A DNA stretch of 61,694 bases, filler included, from Sphacelaria rigidula (taxonomy: Eukaryota): the NCBI GenBank assembly GCA_964200075.2. It is 6 parts of 6 records of this genome, joined end to end, with 100 filler letters (N's around TTAATTAATTAA, not from the genome) between each part and the next. Parts side by side here need not be neighbours in the genome. Positions count along the whole stretch, not along the records: positions 1 to 10,200 come from CAXNAA020006941.1; positions 10,301 to 20,500 come from CAXNAA020006942.1; 4 more parts are not named here. One strand, given 5' to 3'. Made by a program: the position numbers and the translations under genes. Shown here in pieces: positions 1-12,377 of the stretch; positions within the stretch are counted from its first letter, which is position 1, and each line of letters starts with the position of its first letter. The notes beneath the pieces were generated by a model. It was not told the DNA's origin and did no database searches. It saw nothing but the letters and a program-made list of their open reading frames with translations.

Positions 1-73
1 CCCTAACCCTAACCATAGGGAAATTCAAATTCCGATGCGGTCCTCTAAGCACGCGGTCCTCTCACGCATTACA
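1..73 (+). mobile_element. 3' end of a TGTAATGC...GCATTACA MITE with CCCTAA repeats, truncated by the contig start
   Basis: Ends in GCGGTCCTCTAAGCACGCGGTCCTCTCACGCATTACA, the same terminus as the copies at 38503, 55083 and 55804; begins with CCCTAACCCTAACC. Confidence 0.9.
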
Positions 74-149
74 CTTAGCACGCCCTAGACAGTTTGGCAT
101 TCTCCGGCTGATTTGGGAATATGACGACGATACGTGTGTCGCTATTCAG

Positions 150-362
150 GGGCGCTTGCCCGTATCCATATGCGCTCCCCCCTACTCAGGTGCGCTTTCC
201 CCTACCCAGGTGCGCTTCCCCATAGTCAGGGGCGCTTGCCCTTAATCCGGGCCGTTCCCCCCTAACCAGGGGCGCGTCCCCATAGTCAGGGGCGCTTGCC
301 CCTAATCCGGACCGCTTGCCCTTAAGGGAAAAGTTGCCCTTAACCGGGCGTTGCCCTTAACC
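150..362. repeat. Degenerate ~20-bp minisatellite
   Basis: About 10 units resembling GGCGCTTGCCCCTAATCCGG / TGCGCTTCCCCATAGTCAGG. Confidence 0.8.
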
Positions 363-1419
363 TGCAACAGAGCTGCGTCGAAGTTTGTGTGTACAGAGCA
401 CCGAGGCTCATCACCGTGCGCCACTACCCAACCTCCGTTCACAATGTGCACCCTAAAACACTCGACGTTTCATTCCTATTTCAGCACCGACCATATTCCC
501 TTTGCCCACAGTTCGTCTGCGCACGCCTGTGTAATCTATGTGTGCAGCACAAAAAGTGCTACACCCCAGGGTTGCCCCTCGGGCGTGCGGGGCAACATGT
601 AGTCCAGTTTGCTTGTTTTGTACATGATTTCGCATGAGTGTTTTCGTGATACCGCGACAGCACAGCATCGCTCCACCCCGAGGATGGTTCGTGGTTGGAA
701 ACATTTACCCTCCGACCACCACGCCGACAACGCCGAGGTATCGCTTGTGTACTGCATTCTTCCTCGGCAGCGATCTGATGCCGAGCTCATATATCTACCG
801 TATATCGCCCACATATGTTCGATTTTGTACAGGAGTCCTTTTGCTCCATTCCTACGACTTTTCATGAGAACGTGCGGAGTAACTACACACTGTTGATCAC
901 TGCTACCCATGCGTGTACGTTTTCGAGTGATACAGGTACGTTTCCGATGTAGACGTGCACTGTTGTGTTGTGACATGGGGTGGTGAATCGATACACGATC
1001 AGCCAACAGTCATATATCACACCTTCGTATGGTGTCTGGTGCATGTCTTTTGCGAGTACAGCTACCCTTCACCACAGCACAGCAGTACAAACGGGCCTGA
1101 TTGTTCCGTCCGGCACTCATCAAAATTGTATGTATTAACCAGAAAGCACAGTGTATTTTATTTCTATGTGTCCACGCATGATGCAGCCTTCGATCGGCAG
1201 CTGTATTGCTTCCGTGGACGATGCCCTGTACCGGGTATCTATTTCGTTTTCTCGTGGCAGTGTTGTATACTTTACTTTTCGGCATCGCTGTCATCGAGTT
1301 CCATCTACCGGTGGCTCTGCCAGTATTTTCGAGCAGCCCATTCAGTTTCGCCTGCGAGTTTCCATGGCCCATGTCAGCGGTCGTGATCAAATCAACATCC
1401 TGGCCGAGACACCGGCGTT

Positions 1420-3170
1420 GTGGTTACGGGTGCTTCAGTTCCATGTACGCTTCGGGCCTGATTCTCTCTGCACTTACTGTGGTGAGCAGGGTAACTTGGT
1501 ACACCGCACCCCGTGCACGAATGCAAGAGTAAGTATATTTTTGTGCTTGTTCTAAATTACCCTGCACTGCAGTACAGTAAATTGGAGTCGAATTGTCGCT
1601 ACAGTCCATTGCTGTCATGGTTCCGATACGGTCCACCAACCCCGCACCACGGGCTGTTCAGCGATAGGTGTGTCTGCCTCCCATACACTCGATACTTTTT
1701 CTTCACCGGAGTGTTGACTTGATTGTCGCAGGCATGTGATACGGCTGCAGTCGAGTGTCACATTTTCTCGAATACGTACACGTGTTCGGCTGCAGTCGAG
1801 TGTCACATTTTCTCGAATACGTACACGTGTTCGGCTTGTTCGGCACTACAGTACATGAGTACTACGGTAGCAACACAGTCTCCGAATCGGACCATCATCG
1901 ATGGACAAATGCGACCATTGCCAGTTGTTTGTAGCACTAAACGATGTCCGATCGCCCCTTTTGTTTTCTCCGAGTTCGTCACACGAGTACCGCCCTTCCG
2001 GTTGAGTACCACAAGTTACGTTTCCCCGCGCAACCCTAGTGTTGGAGCAACATTTCAGGTACTAACCGAAGCTTGCGGGGTCAATTCCGTCTAGCTCCAC
2101 CTCATACAAGTGTTCTACACAGAGCCGTTCAGCGGCAATACTATTTTCACCCCGCAGGCGCGTGCCATGTCTCCCAGGTGTATTTGTTTCTTCACGTGGA
2201 TTTTCGATACTAGTACACCTTGAAGTATGCGTCACCCAGCCCAGCCTGCTGGAGATGTGTAGCCGTTTGTGTTCAGTGACCTGTCCATCAAACATCTTTA
2301 TCCCAATCTCGAATCGCGCTTTCAAGCAGCGCATACAAGTTGTGGTGCTTGGATCGATATCCTGTTCGATCCACTGGCTGTTCGGTTTGAAGTCTCAGTT
2401 TCCATATACAGTACACCAGCATACAAATGTCCAGCTCTCCCATTTCGTAGTGAAGGCACAGTTTGAGAGAAAGCGCTGAAGTAGGGAAAACTCGATACTG
2501 ACTAAAACCATCATGCGCACGAACACTGTCCGCACCAAATGCGTCGGATATCCCAGTGCATCACACCTCTGCACCTATGCATCATACGGACGAGTGCTTT
2601 TCAATTTCGGGTTGTTCCCCCATGTACCACTAGTTGTATGCCAAGGCATGTACTGCATACACTTCCTCGACAGACCGCTCGAACTGTGTTGAACTTCCCC
2701 CCAGCGTGAGCATCCCTCCAACGCATATTATGGGTAATGCAGTGATATCTTGTTATCAAACCACCACGACGGTATTTCAAAATCGCTACCTTCAAAGGAT
2801 TGGCATCGATGAAATTGCATCGCGATGCTTCTACGAAGTAAGGGCCACACAGGTTGTTTTGCTAAGGTTCCAAACGCCCTCACCAGCAACCCCACGTGCT
2901 CCCATACACACCAAACTGTATCAAGTACCACCGTAGCCAGCCCAGTACTTCGCGCCCCGCGCACCGCAAAACACGCTGTTCTGACAACTCCGTGTACCAC
3001 CTGACAATTTTTCACTGAAATCTGTCTGGAGTACAAAATGGTGGTCGCATGCCTTCACGACGACACCCGAACTCATGCCTTCACGATGACACCCGAAATC
3101 ACGGTGCCAGTCTCCGTACTTGCTAGCAGGCCCGGTGCTTCGTACACAAAGAGAAGAGAAAACCACAGCC
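1420..3170 (-). mobile_element. Heavily degraded Ty1/Copia RT-RNase H remnant
   Basis: Ordered minus-strand peptides resemble Copia motifs: GVVVKA..QTDFSEK, KQPVW, MGELD, LKARFEI, CSAEQAEHV (STTEAEYV-like), DNSTPI. Many stops and frameshifts. Confidence 0.45.
1742..1836. repeat. Exact 45-bp tandem duplication
   Basis: CGGCTGCAGTCGAGTGTCACATTTTCTCGAATACGTACACGTGTT twice, plus CGGCT. Confidence 0.95.
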
Positions 3171-4599
3171 TAGAAAAAAATTCCCTTCAGCCTCGGGTAA
3201 TCCAACGTCCACGCGAATGTACCCAAGCCAGCCACAGCTCCCGACCACACACCAAAACGTAAACGGTGCGGCCTCACTTCATACGCGGCCAGCGGCTCCA
3301 TGCCTCAAAACCGAGTTTGCGTCGGCCGGCGCTAGCTGAGGCTTGTGGTGTGGGTACAACGGGTCCGATCAGTCCTAGGTCAAGGGTCCCACTCAGGCAC
3401 GATCCCGCGAAACCACACGTGGATGTAGCTCTCACGGTGAAGAATTGTGTTGTTTCACCATTGGAATTGATCGCTCTAGAGTACCACTTCATAGTTCAAA
3501 CTGCAGCAGCTAGCTCCTCCCCGACAATCGGGGTGGGAGACCACGTCTTTTGCAGGTACCCGCATGCCGAGAGAGAAGCTGTCTCGCGGTATTGTGTTGC
3601 TGCCCCTATGGCCATCCACTGTAGGGTACATGTTAGCCCAGACGTCCACAGGACGTCGGGCCCCTTTGTAGTCGAGCATAGTTATTCCACTGTGGATCAT
3701 GACCACAGGGAACCCTCGCTTTCCGTTGCTCCACGGGTTGGAGAAGGACCCCCGGCAGTGACCCGGTCGGTAAGCCAAGAGCTCACGCCGTCACGAATAC
3801 TCCCGCTAACTTCCCAACAGCGACAGGCCATGACGGTACGCCTCAGGTATGGGATGTGCCGCTATCGGCCTCTGCCCCCCCGTTGCCCCCTGAGCCAGCA
3901 ACAACAAAGAGGTCTAGGCGGAAGGTGTTGAGCCACAATTCCACCCTACCTACTGTCGGGTCGTTGTCGCGTTCACGTGCGGGTCCGCCACTGGCGACCC
4001 CACACCACGACAGGCTCACGCGGGTAACAGACGATCCGTCTCCTGTAGTTTCAAGTTGGCTCCCGACAACGTGTCTCCCGATGAGTTCGTGGAGACCATG
4101 TCTATTTCGACTACATGTGTTGATGTTGATGGCGGAGTTTCGCTGGCGCAGCCACCGGAACCACGTCCGACGACGAAAAACCATCGATCACTTTGTTCAC
4201 TACTGTAGATGATTTGGCAGACACATTGCCGTGCAGAACTGAAGTTTCTGCCGACCCCGCACCTGGGACATCCACTACCAAGCCGGCAGTGCATGGCCTC
4301 CCATGCCGACATCACAGCCGACCCCACCCCTACCACGACGGTCACGACAAATGGTCGCACCCCCATAGCGATTTACGAGATACGTAGCTCCCAAGACCAG
4401 TGCCCACATCCCCAGGCCCCACAAGACCACCCCAGAGTATATTTCAGTGCCAAGTTAAGGAGGTACAGCGAACACATATCAGTTCGTTGACAAAAATTGG
4501 CCCGGATCTTGCGAGCGGCATTGTCACCTGAGACGATGCGTCTTTTACAACTAGAGTTGGACTTGTATATAGTGGATCTTGTGCAAGCCATCAACTTGT

Positions 4600-7330
4600 G
4601 GCCAAGGTATTACCGGACTCGGGCTCCCCCCAGACCTTTCCCACCGCCAGTTGCTGGCATGACATGCTCCGCACCGACTCGGCCGATGACAAATGTCCGT
4701 CCCCTGTCCCTCCCACGCACCTTCGGTGGCTCCGAGCTGGTTCTACCCATGAGTATCACCCTGCCCGTGCGATTGAGTGTTCAGCTCTTCAACGAAACTC
4801 ACCCCCGTAGCACGACGTTCTGTTCGGCTTTGCGTGTTCCACACAATGCTATGGCATTCCATGTTTTGTTTTTTTGGGCAGAGAGTAGCTGGTTGCGTCT
4901 CCGACACATATGTTCGGACACGAAGATGTATTTGTGACAAACGGACGCCAGCAGTTTTCTGACGTCTCCGCATTGATCGAGTACCCAACCAGTTGTTGAG
5001 GTACGCTTCGGCTCCGCTTCCACGTACACCTCTTCTGATATATGTCCCGCACCAGTACCACTTCCCCAACTGAAGTCGAGCAAAACGCTGCTTGTCATAG
5101 ACCAGTTTCAGCTGATGCAATGGTTGTCACCGCGTCGGATAACGACGCGAAAACCGACATTCTTCAAACACTGTTGGTTTGTTTCTAGCCTGCGCAGCGA
5201 GCAAGGTTTTTGCAACTATGGAATGACGTTCCACCGCACCTGCCACATCACCCTCAATCTCAACGGTGCCGGTTGTACTGTAGCAGTCATCGACAAACTT
5301 GTAGATGTTTTGATTCGCTATACCGCGCGATTGTCCATCTCACCCCTGGATTGGGTCGATGCACGATGGGTCCGTTCAAGATCAACGTGCCATATGGAAC
5401 GCCCCCCATCGTCACACGCCCGTCTTGCACAAACCCGCTGCTGGTTGATCAAGTACAAGTAGTCATAATTAGCTACCTAGCGGCGGAGATCATTCGCCTA
5501 AGCCTACAAGACTTCAGGTTTGAGCATGAGTGGGCTGACACCGAGACTCCGGGTTTTGGCACAAGTGGGCTGACGCCGAAAAAAAACGTTCGGTTTGCGC
5601 ATGAGTGGGCTGACACCTTTTGCCCCGGAAACGGCGCCCGGTGGCTTGCCCCCTCGATTCCTCCTCTTGGTTTCTGGAAATACCAACACCAACGCAGAAA
5701 CCATATTTGAATAGAGCCTTTTCCGTGTGACGGCCCCCCGCATAAATGTTGCCGCCGCACCGGAGCTCACCGCCCCCCATTTGTTTTCATTGTACAAGTG
5801 CGCGATCTCATTTCTAGTCGAACGGGAGCAAACGAGAAGAAAAATACGCTTTTTGTTTTTGCTTCCCGCCAAAATAAGGCGCGAGAACAATTCGCCGAGC
5901 CTACGTGCCGCGCAGCAATACTTCACAATACTTCACCTGTTCCAAAATTGCCCACCTCCATTCCCCTCTGCGGATATCCTCGAGCCGTCGGACGGCGCCG
6001 GGTACCCATACAGGATAAAGGTGTTGAGCTGGCCACACAAGCAAACCGCACATGGATGATGACGGCATTGTACTTTTAATCCGCAAACCCACGCGGACAC
6101 CTCAGTCAGACCGTCCTACCGGTACACATGTTCGACTACTCGGTCGATAACCTCTTTGCACGTACGTGCCGATGCTCCTGCGACCATGGGCCCTGCACGA
6201 GTGTAGTTTCAACATTTCGACCGATATGGTAACAATTTGGACGACCTAGTTCAACGTTTTGATTTTCCTGGTGGGCAGTTGTCGACCAAAGGGTCTGTTG
6301 GTGGCTACGTCGTTGTTTGACTTGTCAGTCGCGCAAGACGTTTACCCAGGCTGTGCGTTGACCAATCATGTCCATGCCGCCCCCCAATGGGCCCGGTGTT
6401 GGCAAAAGCGATCAGTGCAACACGACGTTGAATGCGGTGATGCATAAGCGCCCCGTGTGGAAGATAGGTGCATGGGCGTGGGTGTACAACGATGTACAGA
6501 CGATTCGCCAAGGAGCCAGCGCGAGTAAGGATTCGTCGGATGCGGTGTTGAAGGCCAAGCTGTCCCTCAATTGGACCGAACAGTGGAAACATTTTGCGCG
6601 TTGGGCCAAGTGCTACAGAACCGGATGATCGACTCATCGGGGAAAACCTTTTATACCTCGATTTCCCCACGGATGAAGTTGGGGTCTCCGAAGACAAACC
6701 GCGTGTCTGTCTGGCGCTGTAAACCTTGCACCGCCCCGCACGACACTACTGATATGCCCAAACAGTTGCCGTTAGGACTCAGCCAGTACGAATCGACGAG
6801 GCACGCCACCAAATCGCCGCCTTTTCATGTCACGGCTGAAGACGTTCACGCCCCCGTAGAACGCGTGGTAGTCGATCCTATCAGCGGGCACAAATTGGTC
6901 CACGGTCGAGGTGGTAAAATAGCAGTGATGTATCAGACGCACTGGAAAGGATTGCTGCGGGTCACGTGGGAACGAGAAGTCGACTTGCGGCATTTCCGTA
7001 GACAAATTTTGTTCTACTGGGTAGGCGATGTTGCGCAACTCCGTCCGTTGAACCGAAGATACAGGTCTATGCGGAAATGCGCGGCGGCACGGGAGCTGGC
7101 CCGGGAGCATTCGGTCCGGTTCGTCATGGCTAGCTATAGCCTTGTTTACCGAAGGGTGCGTGCTGCTGGTACAAGGCGCAGGACTCCCTGTGGTGACTGG
7201 GCAAGATTCACTTACCAGCACGCGACTCCGACAACTTTTACTACATCCGCTTCCTCGATGACCCCGCCCCCCTGAAGCTTATTCAAGACGATGCTTACTA
7301 CACTGAAGCGTCGTCCGGATCCTGGTGTCT
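4600..7330 (+). mobile_element. Internally deleted Ty3/Gypsy pol remnant (protease, RT start, integrase Zn finger, integrase C-terminus with chromo-like region)
   Basis: LPDSGSPQTF (protease DSG); GRCTMGPFKINVP..PIVTRP...SYLAAEIIR (RT N-terminus); YVPMLLRPWALHEC and WWLRRCLTCQSRKT (HHCC); WAWVYN..LKAKLSLNWT; RCKPCTAPHD...YQTHWKG...TWEREVDL. RT core, RNase H and integrase core are absent. Confidence 0.8.
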
Positions 7331-7489
7331 CCAGCATCATGACGACGGCAACATGGATGACGCCATGCTCGGGAATACCGACGGTTCATGGAGGGAAGGC
7401 GAGTTTTGATGCGTTCTGTCCTATTTCCCCGTTGTGTCGCGTAGCTGCTTCGACGCCATGGCCGCAACCCCTCCCTTTTTTTTGTTGTT

Positions 7490-7635
7490 GCTGTGTGTAT
7501 GTCTATGTGTGCGTATGCGCATATCTATGTGCGTGTATGCGTGTATGTGTATTTGGGTGTATGTATGCACATACGTGGGTATGCGTGTGCGCGTATGTGA
7601 ATATGTGAATATGTGTGTATGGGTATGTGTGTGTA
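7490..7635. repeat. Degenerate (TG)n/(TGTA)n microsatellite
   Basis: Continuous TG/TA-rich purine-pyrimidine alternation. Confidence 0.9.
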
Positions 7636-8197
7636 CCTGGCACTGGTCGCGTTTTCATGTCATTTTGGAGCCGTCGCATGTTGTAGGTCGGGTTGATCTG
7701 GTTCTGGAACTGTGGTGCCCTTTTTCGAACACATTTGTGTCCCCCGACAAGGTGATACAAGCGCATCGACACGAGCATTTTTTTTTTTTCGTTCCGTTTC
7801 GACAATTGGCTCGATCTACTGTCATAGCCCGCCGTACGGTATTTGTGAAGACGCCATATTGAGGGTTTACATCCATCAACCCACCTGAAATTGGTGACCG
7901 GGTGAATCACTTGAGGACGTGTGTGTGTTCATATCAAGTTGTGAGTTGCGAATAGCCCGCAGCTTCACCCTTCCGTCCTCGTTTGGCTCGACATTCCTGG
8001 AGAACTGAGATCACGTTGTAGCCTTTCCCTCCACTGTCATCCATTTTGTGCTCAGACACTCACTGCACTTGCTCCTTGCTAGCTGTGAGAGTCTCAGCCA
8101 CCTTTTTCTCTTATTCATTGTTTTGGTTTCCCTTGTTTTCGTTCCTGCGCCTCTCCGACCTCCACGGAAGCCGCCACCACAGGCGGTTCTAGTGGCC

Positions 8198-8716
8198 TGT
8201 TGGACCCGAGACACTCCGTTTCTTCTCCTCAACCGAGCATTTGCGAAAACGGATGACCGATTCCCCAAGGGCGTCCTCAGTAAATGTTACTGACGTAACC
8301 GGCTGTGTGTTCGATATTTGTGCCAACGGATGACCGATACCCCAAGGGCTTCCTCAGCAAATTGTCATGTGTCGGTGTCCATTGTGTTTTTTTCTCGTTT
8401 TTTTTCTCGTTTTTTTTCTCGTTTTTGTTCCTGTTTCTCCACGACCTTCATTCCCTCGTGAATCGTTGGACCCGAGACACCCCATCCCTTCTCCTCAACC
8501 GAACATTTGTGAAAACGGATGACCGATTCCCCAAGGGCTTCCTCAGTGAGTGTTTCTTTATATAACCGGCTGTGTGTTCGACATTTGTGCCAACGGATGA
8601 CCGATACCCCAAGGGCTTCCTCATCACATTTTCTCGTGTTTTTGGGTATGACGACGGTGGGTTTGTTTGTCGGCGTTTGCGAAAACGGATTACGAATCCC
8701 CTTGGGCTTCCTCAGT
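8198..8716 (-). repeat. Nested tandem repeats: ~266-bp outer period containing five copies of a ~33-bp motif; possible pseudo-LTR of the adjacent element
   Basis: AACGGATGACCGAT(T/A)CCCCAAGGGC(G/T)TCCTCAG ends at 8280, 8357, 8546, ~8624 and (variant) 8715; 8198-8360 is repeated at 8465-8625. Confidence 0.9.
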
Positions 8717-8719
8717 ATG

Positions 8720-10090
8720 CGTCGCGCGGCGATTTTCGCTGCACGATCCTGGAGCTTCCATCGGCCACTGCTGCCGCTCCTAGATCCTATATCGCGAGCT
8801 CTCTCGTTGGTCTTTCCACCGGTATGAGTTTTTGCACGACCTCAATGTTGAAAGTGATGTCTTCTTGATCGTCATGCCTTGGCGGGCCCCTTGAAACCGA
8901 TTAACGTGAAATCCTATCGCGAATGTTGCGCTCCCCCTTGATGTTCGTTCGACTGTGGGTAATACAGTTCCCGTTGCCTGAGGAATAGTCTGGTTTGTGT
9001 GGATTTGCAGAGTGTTGATCGTGAGGCCAGTCGAGTAACGCGCGGATTTTATCGGCGGCGTGTAGATTTTTTGTATTTCATGTCGATGGGTTAAATTTGA
9101 CCGTCTGGGTGAAATGCTTGTCTTGTAGGTTGCGGTTGGCAGGCCAAGTGCCTCCTCTGCGTGTACCAGAGCCTGGCCAGTCGCGCAACCACATGGACCC
9201 TGCGCTGGAACTGGAACTCCGCTATTTGCCATGATGCGGGAGTTCCTCTTTGCCCTTGTTTAGTTTTCTTTCTATTTTTTTGTGGTGTGGGAGATGATGG
9301 TACAACGTGAGCCTTCGAAGCACTTCGAGCGTCTGCATGCTCACCTTTCAGAGTGGGCCATTGTTATGGCCTTTGAAGGAACTAGCGTCGATAAGGTACC
9401 GCAGCGCTCTGGACATATAGATGTCGGAGTAAACGAACGTTAGATATGACTCTTGGTTGGCCGTCGAGGCATGTCAGCTTGTTGAAAGATCCAATGTGAT
9501 GTTCTGGATAGTCGATGGGAGATACAGTATGGTTGATGTCTGCTGCACATCGAATGATCATGTGCAAAACGGATAGTGTTCCCGGAACGTTCGTTGGATA
9601 GAGAATTGCTGCTCTTTGGTTATTGTATTATGATTGGATACGGATATAATTTCTGCGTAAGGTAGTTACATGATTGCCCCGAGCCCATCCGAGCTCACTC
9701 TCTTTCGGATCCAGGACATCATCAGCGTTGTCCTGCCGTTGCTCTGAGTTCCAAGTGAGTCCTTACCACAGAGTTTTGTGGTCGTGAGGAAACCATTCGC
9801 TTTGGTTCGTATTGTGAAATACAAAGGAGATAATCAAATTTGTTTCTGTGAACATCTGGATTCAAAGAATACGACTGTGATTGAATCTGTATTGATCTGC
9901 TACAGCCAGCGGTACGCATTGCAACCTAGCACACACAGCTTGAGCCTCTGTTCGTGAGAACATGTCAGGGCAAACGTGTACTGAGGCTGCCTTCTCCAAG
10001 GCGATCAGCCATAAGCTCATAGTAATTTTCGCATTAGCCAAAGGCAAGAAGAGACGGAATCTCTCCGCAGCTCGATGTTTCGGCACATGG
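8720..10090 (-). mobile_element. Degraded Penelope-like retroelement RT (possibly Naiad/Chlamys-type)
   Basis: Minus-strand motifs in order: RFRLF..ANAKITMSLWL; FDY/LYFTI across a frameshift (FDFSTLYT-like); IRCAADI (RYIDD-like); IDYPE; HLY. Followed by tandem terminal repeats. Confidence 0.5.
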
Positions 10091-10200
10091 GAAATTGGGC
10101 ACATACTGGTAACATCGATGATGCCAGTCTCTCGAGCAAGTGGTAATCACCGAGCGAGGACACACAAAGGACACGGGCGAGGAGCTCCCTCTCTGTCCTT

Positions 10201-10300
10201 NNNNNNNNNNNNNNNNNNNNNNNNNNNNNNNNNNNNNNNNNNNNTTAATTAATTAANNNNNNNNNNNNNNNNNNNNNNNNNNNNNNNNNNNNNNNNNNNN
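10201..10300. other. Artificial contig spacer (N-TTAATTAATTAA-N); also at 20501-20600, 30800-30899, 41099-41198 and 51397-51496
   Basis: Five identical 100-bp spacers; TTAATTAATTAA places stops in all six frames. Confidence 0.98.
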
Positions 10301-11766
10301 ACTGCGTGCGATTAGACGGGAGACCAACGAAGCCCAAGTAACACGGCAATGACGACGGTCCAGAGAAGTGGGGGGTGGGGAGTGAACCCCCCCGATGAGG
10401 GGTGTCGTTATGTCATTAATTATTGTCCTGATACACCTGGTATGCTTGTACGTATGGCTGTCCCTCGAGAGGCCGCAAGATGGAACGTTGCGATTCTTAG
10501 TTATTTACTTCTTTGGGTGGCGGTATTTGGGGCCTTGAGTCTCGCCCGTAGTCGGACCCTGTGTTCATTTCTACTTGTCGCGCGTCGAGTTGGAAAACCG
10601 AGTGCCACCCCCTGAAGTCCGAATGGCCATCTGCGGCACCGGATCTTCCGACGTTAGCCATACGTACTCCCTTTCTTCTTTATTATTTATTCCTGTTTAG
10701 CTTGTATCGCGTTTTGTGAGTTTTGAATCTGGGTCTATTTTGTTTTCTTGTTTTTTTGCTAGCCTGTGACCACGGAAGGCATCCGCATCAGATGCCCAGT
10801 ACGAATGTACCGCGCAGATACCAGAACGGTTTTCAATGTGAAGACAGCAATAACAACAACAACTAGGGTCCGAAAAAAACTTCCACGGGAGAGAATCGCC
10901 TGCAGACGGCGGGCTGAAATCCTCAAATTTGTACAAAAACACAGATTGATTCCCATAAAAAAATGTCCTACAGTACAGTAGTAATGTAGAGCTAGCTTCT
11001 TCATATACAACATCGTGAAAATCATGGCGAGACAAACCACGAAAAATATGGGGCCCAGAGTAAGTGGAACAAAGCAGCAGGAGGAGGAGCAGCAGCAGTG
11101 CCACCGCATTACTACCGAACTGGGCAGTTGCTCACGGATACTCCGGTCATTTTTCTGGAATCCGTGAATGCGTTCCTCCCTAGTGCGATAGTGGTACGTG
11201 GTCCTGCAAATTGGCTCTAGATCGACCACGAACTGGAATTTTTTTCATGAACGCGTGAAACACGCCTGCCTACTTCAGTTCAAACAAGAACATCAATGAG
11301 GAGGGGGTGGACCACAGGATGCAATGACCAAATTCGTGATACATATATGTTGCTGTCGATGGGGTGGTGCTGGCGAACGGAAAAAACTGATCGGCTCCAG
11401 TATCCGGGCATCCAGGTCACCGCGGCGTCGAAGGGCCACCTGATGAATATTGTTTTCATATCTGGCGCCCAGAGTAATTGTGCCCGTACCTACTTGCTTG
11501 TGTCGCAAGAAAAGTGATCACGGGTCTGAGTCATCAGGAAAAGGTGAAGATACCGATATACAAATTTATTCCGATTTCTCACCTTCAATCCCCTCTAGCT
11601 TGAACACACCAGGTGTCAACGCACAGGGACAGTGCGTAGACATCATTATAGTGCGTGTAATGTATCTGCATTGGTGCATTATCTCGCTGTAGCTATCTCG
11701 GCGAATGCGTGCTGATCGTTGCACCGCAAAACAAAGAAGGAAGGCCTTTGGCTGCTGCAGTGAGCC

Positions 11767-11970
11767 ATGAGGATAGGATCGGATCCAGGGGAGTCGGATG
11801 CGCTAGCAATCATCTATGTCTGCACGGCGTTCCTCGGCGCGGTTACAACTATTCTAGCGCTTCGGTATGCCATGCGCAATTTCTTGGGAACGATGGAGAG
11901 CTTTTCGGTGTGTGGGGCGCACTGCCTGGTCACTGGGGGAAGTAGCGGTATCGGCAAAGAGGTTGCAAAG
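11767..11970 (+). CDS. First coding exon of a membrane-anchored short-chain dehydrogenase, KDSR/TSC10 (3-ketodihydrosphingosine reductase)-like
   Basis: GCCATG start, hydrophobic segment ALAIIYVCTAFLGAVTTILAL, then HCLVTGGSSGIGKEVAK (Rossmann TGxxxGxG) ending at an AAG|GTGGGC phase-0 donor. No downstream exon found in this contig. Confidence 0.75.
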
Positions 11971-12377
11971 GTGGGCAGCAGGGAGAGATGTCAATTTGCT
12001 CAAATTCAATATTACCACCAGGATCCACCGGAGCTTGCTCCGGTGGCTAGCCAACGCATACAGCATGGGTTTTTGTTCGGATCGATGCCGCATCGTACTC
12101 ATTTTAGGCCTACCAATGGAAGTGTTGCTTAGGGTATGCCCTGAATCTATCTCGGCGGAAGTTTATTCGGTCTGCATGCGGTTCAGGTGTGGGTTACGTT
12201 TAGGGCTTGTGAATCAACCATTGATCACTCTTGTTCGTTCGCCCGTTTTTCTATATGTACGAGGATAAGGCGTCGAGACTGGGTGCACCTCGTGTTTGAT
12301 GATGCTGAAACTTGGATTGTATGATGGTTTATCCCGCATCAGGCGGGTATTAAAGCCGAAGCACGGGTGAGTATTAG

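Noticed and set aside
1-14. True telomere at the window start
   Set aside because: Only two CCCTAA units, and they are the internal tract of the MITE family seen three more times.
7434-7910. Cys/Val- and His/Thr-rich ORFs
   Set aside because: Translations of the (TG)n microsatellite.
8248-8716. CRISPR-like array (33-bp repeats with spacers)
   Set aside because: Spacers are themselves duplicated and irregular, the context is eukaryotic, and no cas genes are present.
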